Virus record (IMG/VR): IMGVR_UViG_3300031418_000012
Reading direction: 5' to 3' (one strand)
Origin: an uncultured virus (IMG/VR IMGVR_UViG_3300031418_000012)
Taxonomy: Duplodnaviria > Heunggongvirae > Uroviricota > Caudoviricetes
Length of the DNA stretch: 64,000 bases
This document shows, piece after piece, positions 60,920 to 64,000 of the stretch. Below the pieces are notes generated by a model. It was not told the DNA's origin and searched no databases. It saw nothing but the letters and a program-made list of their open reading frames with translations. The stretch's first letter is position 1, and each line of letters begins with the position of its first letter. The translations under genes and the position numbers were made by a program.

Positions 60920-61558
60920 TTATATAACGCGTAGAATGTCATATGCCTGATTATATAGGTCATTTAGTGTTCCAGTATTCTCTACGATGTAGTCAGGATG
61001 ATTGATACCTACCCAACCGTACTCTGAGCTATGAATGCCATCTAAGGAACGAGGAATAATTAAGTCCACATCAGCAGTATTTTTATGTAAATTATACTTG
61101 TATGCATCCCAATACCACTCAGGCAACTTACGCTGTACTTCAATAATGATACCATTCTGTTCACGAACTAATTTTACTTCATTAGGAAAACGACAATCAG
61201 TAATGATAATCTTATCACTGTCCATATTAAGAATGCGTTTTTCTAAACTGAACAACCAGATATTATCATGAAAATGCTTTCTAAGAACATCCGTACCCAA
61301 GTTCTGTAGTACCCAACGTGGAGTTACAGGACGACCCATTTTGTTAGTCCAGAATGCATCTTCTTGTTCACGGATAATACGAGATTCTTCGGTATTTCCT
61401 TCAAGCATTTCACGATCCCAACCGAATATAACACTTACTGCATCTTTTAATGATTCAGCAAACGATACTCGCTGGTATCCATTATCAATAAAAACTTTAG
61501 AGAATGTATCTTTTCCTGAACCAATGGTTCCGTTAATTGCAACTATTTTACGTTCCAT
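60920..61558 (-). CDS. Deoxynucleoside monophosphate kinase (T4 gp1-like)
   Basis: GTIGSGKDT, SFAESLK, TPRWVLQNLGTD, DCRFPNE and HSSE motifs. Confidence 0.9.
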   Translation of the reverse strand: MERKIVAINGTIGSGKDTFSKVFIDNGYQRVSFAESLKDAVSVIFGWDREMLEGNTEESRIIREQEDAFWTNKMGRPVTPRWVLQNLGTDVLRKHFHDNIWLFSLEKRILNMDSDKIIITDCRFPNEVKLVREQNGIIIEVQRKLPEWYWDAYKYNLHKNTADVDLIIPRSLDGIHSSEYGWVGINHPDYIVENTGTLNDLYNQAYDILRVI

Positions 61559-61577
61559 GTATTTTCTTCCTTAAACG

Positions 61578-61608
61578 AAAAAAGGAAGAACCTTTTTAAG
61601 GTTCTTCC
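61578..61608 (-). terminator. Intrinsic terminator after the neck gene
   Basis: 11-bp stem GGAAGAACCTT/AAGGTTCTTCC followed by T6 on the minus strand. Confidence 0.8.
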
Positions 61609-61625
61609 AATAATTATCAAATATA

Positions 61626-62411
61626 TTAGCCTATGATAAAGCCTAGTGGGTTACTACCATCTTCGTAACGGCGTAAGCGGTCACGTAATTCTTGTTGCAT
61701 ACGGATTGCGTTTGTTAGCAAATCTGCACCATCAAGAGAGAATGAACCTTGCGGCCCAGGTAGGGTTGCGAACTTCGAACGGTTACGGCCTAGAATCATC
61801 ATCGCTTCAGATAAAGCCCAATCACGTAACCACGGATAAGTACTTTGAGTTTTGAATAGTAATGGTTCTGGTTTATTATGATATACATGTAGAAGTACTT
61901 CTTCTTCACCACGAATATCACGCTCTAGTGTTAGCTTTTTAGTTACTGAGTTCCAAAGGAACATAATTTCTCGACCAAACATACGACCAACAGTTTCATC
62001 GAATTGGTGATATAAGTCATAAGTTAATAGACCTCCACCAGTACTTCCACGAACTGCACTTAATAGATATGTGTTACTGTATGCTAAAGAAAATGGATCT
62101 ACGGTAGAACCTGAACCCGAAACAACACCATTACCACGGCGATAAATTCTGCGAACAATTTCAACTTCAGTTGGTAGTTCGTATACAGAATCAGATTCGT
62201 AAAACTTCATATGCAAGAATGCTTCTTCTTTTGAAGCACCAGCCCATGCTCGGTAGTTTGCTACTGCATTATCAATACAAACCTCAAGCTGTTCATCGGT
62301 GATTTCAACTTCTACGGCACCTGCACCTAGCATTACTGTAACAACACGTTTCATTTCTTCACGGTGATCGTACTGTGGAGAATCTGGATTACCAGCATAA
62401 TTGTATGACAT
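61626..62411 (-). CDS. gp13: Neck protein (gp13-like)
   Basis: LGAGAVEVEITDEQL, WLRDWA and KFATLPGPQGSFSLDG motifs. Confidence 0.8.
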   Translation of the reverse strand: MSYNYAGNPDSPQYDHREEMKRVVTVMLGAGAVEVEITDEQLEVCIDNAVANYRAWAGASKEEAFLHMKFYESDSVYELPTEVEIVRRIYRRGNGVVSGSGSTVDPFSLAYSNTYLLSAVRGSTGGGLLTYDLYHQFDETVGRMFGREIMFLWNSVTKKLTLERDIRGEEEVLLHVYHNKPEPLLFKTQSTYPWLRDWALSEAMMILGRNRSKFATLPGPQGSFSLDGADLLTNAIRMQQELRDRLRRYEDGSNPLGFIIG

Positions 62412-62455
62412 AAAAAAATACCCCTAAACATGTTTATATATCATATTTAGGGGTA
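62412..62455 (-). promoter_or_regulatory. Combined terminator / SD-sequestering hairpin containing a late promoter
   Basis: 14-bp stem 62419-62432/62442-62455 with TAAATA in the 5' arm and AGGGG in the 3' arm, followed by T7 and ATG. Confidence 0.7.
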
Positions 62456-62460
62456 CAGTA

Positions 62461-62823
62461 TTAAAACTTAGTACAGTTTTGTGTGAAATAATTCAAGCGT
62501 TGAGTACTATATGGACCAACTACTAAAATCTTAGTTTCAGTTTCCCCACTAATAAAGTTAGTTGGTGCACCTTCCATATTACATATAAATTCAATCTCAT
62601 CTAGTAAATCAGTTGAATCTGCTACAAACAATTGTTGTTCACATCCTGCATCAACCCAATCCGAGAAATCTTTATTGAATAGTTTATGTTCATTAGCACC
62701 AGCATATGATGACCGTGTTGGGTCGAACTGATTCATAATTTCCATACCTGCACGTACTGACATACGAACTAAGTCTACTGGAGATTGACCTTTCAAAACT
62801 ACAACTACTTGATGTACACTCAT
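62461..62823 (-). CDS. Degenerate PTH2 (peptidyl-tRNA hydrolase II)-like protein
   Basis: QVVVV start, W...G, LVVGP and terminal FT pattern match the PTH2 layout; catalytic motifs not visible. Confidence 0.45.
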   Translation of the reverse strand: MSVHQVVVVLKGQSPVDLVRMSVRAGMEIMNQFDPTRSSYAGANEHKLFNKDFSDWVDAGCEQQLFVADSTDLLDEIEFICNMEGAPTNFISGETETKILVVGPYSTQRLNYFTQNCTKF

Positions 62824-62833
62824 TACTTACCTA

Positions 62834-63166
62834 TTATACGATGATTTTGTTGCTTGGAACAAAAATCTGAGATTCGGATTCTTTACTTGCTTCGATAGAT
62901 TCGATTGCACTTACATATGCACCTGCGATTTCTTCTGAAGGTACAGAAACCGACACGATGTTATATTTGAAGAAAATGGTATTTTCTTCTGCGTCAGTTA
63001 GACCTTCTAGATAATCACGGATGATCATTTCACCTTGTTCATCTAGACCGAACTGGCATGGATTACGAACCACGATTGCATCATTCGCATCATCTTGGAT
63101 AGTACCGATTAGTGGACCAATACCATTGATGAAAATAATTTTTACGTTGCTTGATACTTTAGACAT
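62834..63166 (-). CDS. Hypothetical protein (possible Sm-like fold)
   Basis: VKIIF.NG..LIG...IVVRNP beta-rich pattern. Confidence 0.5.
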   Translation of the reverse strand: MSKVSSNVKIIFINGIGPLIGTIQDDANDAIVVRNPCQFGLDEQGEMIIRDYLEGLTDAEENTIFFKYNIVSVSVPSEEIAGAYVSAIESIEASKESESQIFVPSNKIIV

Positions 63167-63184
63167 TTTAACTTCCTTGTTAAT

Positions 63185-63688
63185 TTAATTAAGTTCGTAT
63201 AGATTCTTTGTTGCGTAAGTTACACGAGAATCAATGATTCTTTCGATAACTTCCCAATTTCCACCTGCTAATCCTGCTCCCATTTTAGGGAAGTGCAGAT
63301 GTACACTATCAACTAGTTTTAATCCTAAAACTGTTTTAGCGGTGTTATTTAGTTCTGTAAAAACACTGTCAATTGCATCATAGCTGACATACTTTTTACC
63401 ATCATACCCATAGAACTGTTGGGTTATTGCATTACAGATTACTAGAGAACCGTGAACTGGATGATTAATCATAGTTCCTAACTCTAGTCTGTTGTTGTTT
63501 TTAACGTACTCGTCATTATATGCTTCATACGCTTTTGGAAATCGTTCACGTAATTCTTTGGCGAAACCAGTACCCATTCTTCCCTGTGCATTACAACCGT
63601 GAATAATGAAATGTAGTTCGTCACCACACATGAACTGAGGGCGGGTATCTAGTAAATCAAATAGATTCCCGTAAAAATAATTAATCAT
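63185..63688 (-). CDS. Macro-domain (ADP-ribose-processing) protein
   Basis: GNLF, HGCNAQGRMGTGFA, NAITQ and PKMGAGLAGGNW motifs. Confidence 0.88.
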   Translation of the reverse strand: MINYFYGNLFDLLDTRPQFMCGDELHFIIHGCNAQGRMGTGFAKELRERFPKAYEAYNDEYVKNNNRLELGTMINHPVHGSLVICNAITQQFYGYDGKKYVSYDAIDSVFTELNNTAKTVLGLKLVDSVHLHFPKMGAGLAGGNWEVIERIIDSRVTYATKNLYELN

Positions 63689-63700
63689 ACAGCCTCAGTG

Positions 63701-63728
63701 AAAAAAGGACTTCCGAAGAAGTCCTTTT
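63701..63728. terminator. Intrinsic terminator-like hairpin
   Basis: AAAAGGACTTC-N3-GAAGTCCTTTT. Confidence 0.8.
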
Positions 63729-63730
63729 AA

Positions 63731-63970
63731 TTATAATCCGAAACGGATTCGCTTTATCTCTTTACGATTTTTTCTTGCAGTATTACTTTGGTGAAGTCTT
63801 AATCCTCGTTTATTATCTTTAGACAAGTACCATGTATCTTCCGGTACGTCATAATCACAATATCCGTCTTCCGTAATCGTTCCTAAGAAAGCTGACTTTT
63901 TAGGAATATCCACAGATGATTTAACACTTTCAAAAATGCCTTTAGCTAATTTCTCTCTAAAACTAAGCAT
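63731..63970 (-). CDS. Hypothetical small basic protein
   Basis: 79 aa, GGGAG RBS, N-terminal IFE/ITE sites, basic C-terminus. Confidence 0.6.
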   Translation of the reverse strand: MLSFREKLAKGIFESVKSSVDIPKKSAFLGTITEDGYCDYDVPEDTWYLSKDNKRGLRLHQSNTARKNRKEIKRIRFGL

Positions 63971-64000
63971 GATTTTTCTCCCAAATTGTAATACGAAGGA

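Overview
AT-rich, gene-dense segment of a large lytic T4-like (myovirus) jumbo-phage genome. No tRNA, rRNA, CRISPR array, integrase or IS is visible. The window holds most of the virion morphogenesis module: baseplate (gp53-, gp5-, gp25- and gp6-like genes and a ~3330-aa giant), neck (gp13/gp14/gp15-like), sheath (gp18), two or three tube paralogues (gp19-like), gp4, a candidate small terminase, fibres and a beta-helix depolymerase. These are interleaved with gp46/gp47, the late sigma gp55, ClpA, a MoxR AAA+/VWA pair, thyA, dNMP kinase, Nudix and macro-domain genes. From memory, gene content and order resemble the enterobacterial GAP32/RaK2/PBECO4/BF/CBB-like jumbo phages; this is inference and was not searched. 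Best observations: (1) late TAAATA promoters recurrently sit inside inverted repeats whose upstream arm is complementary to the gene's own Shine-Dalgarno; (2) a four-copy promoter motif TG(A/G)AAC(G/A)-N16-TATAAT, twice placed back-to-back with a late promoter; (3) a gp5 spike with C-terminal degenerate M23 and lysozyme domains, followed by a free duplicate lysozyme; (4) non-structural genes directly behind terminator-like hairpins; (5) a cluster of candidate protease-processed internal head proteins. All product calls are from motif recognition, and start positions were adjusted by eye to RBS-supported ATGs.
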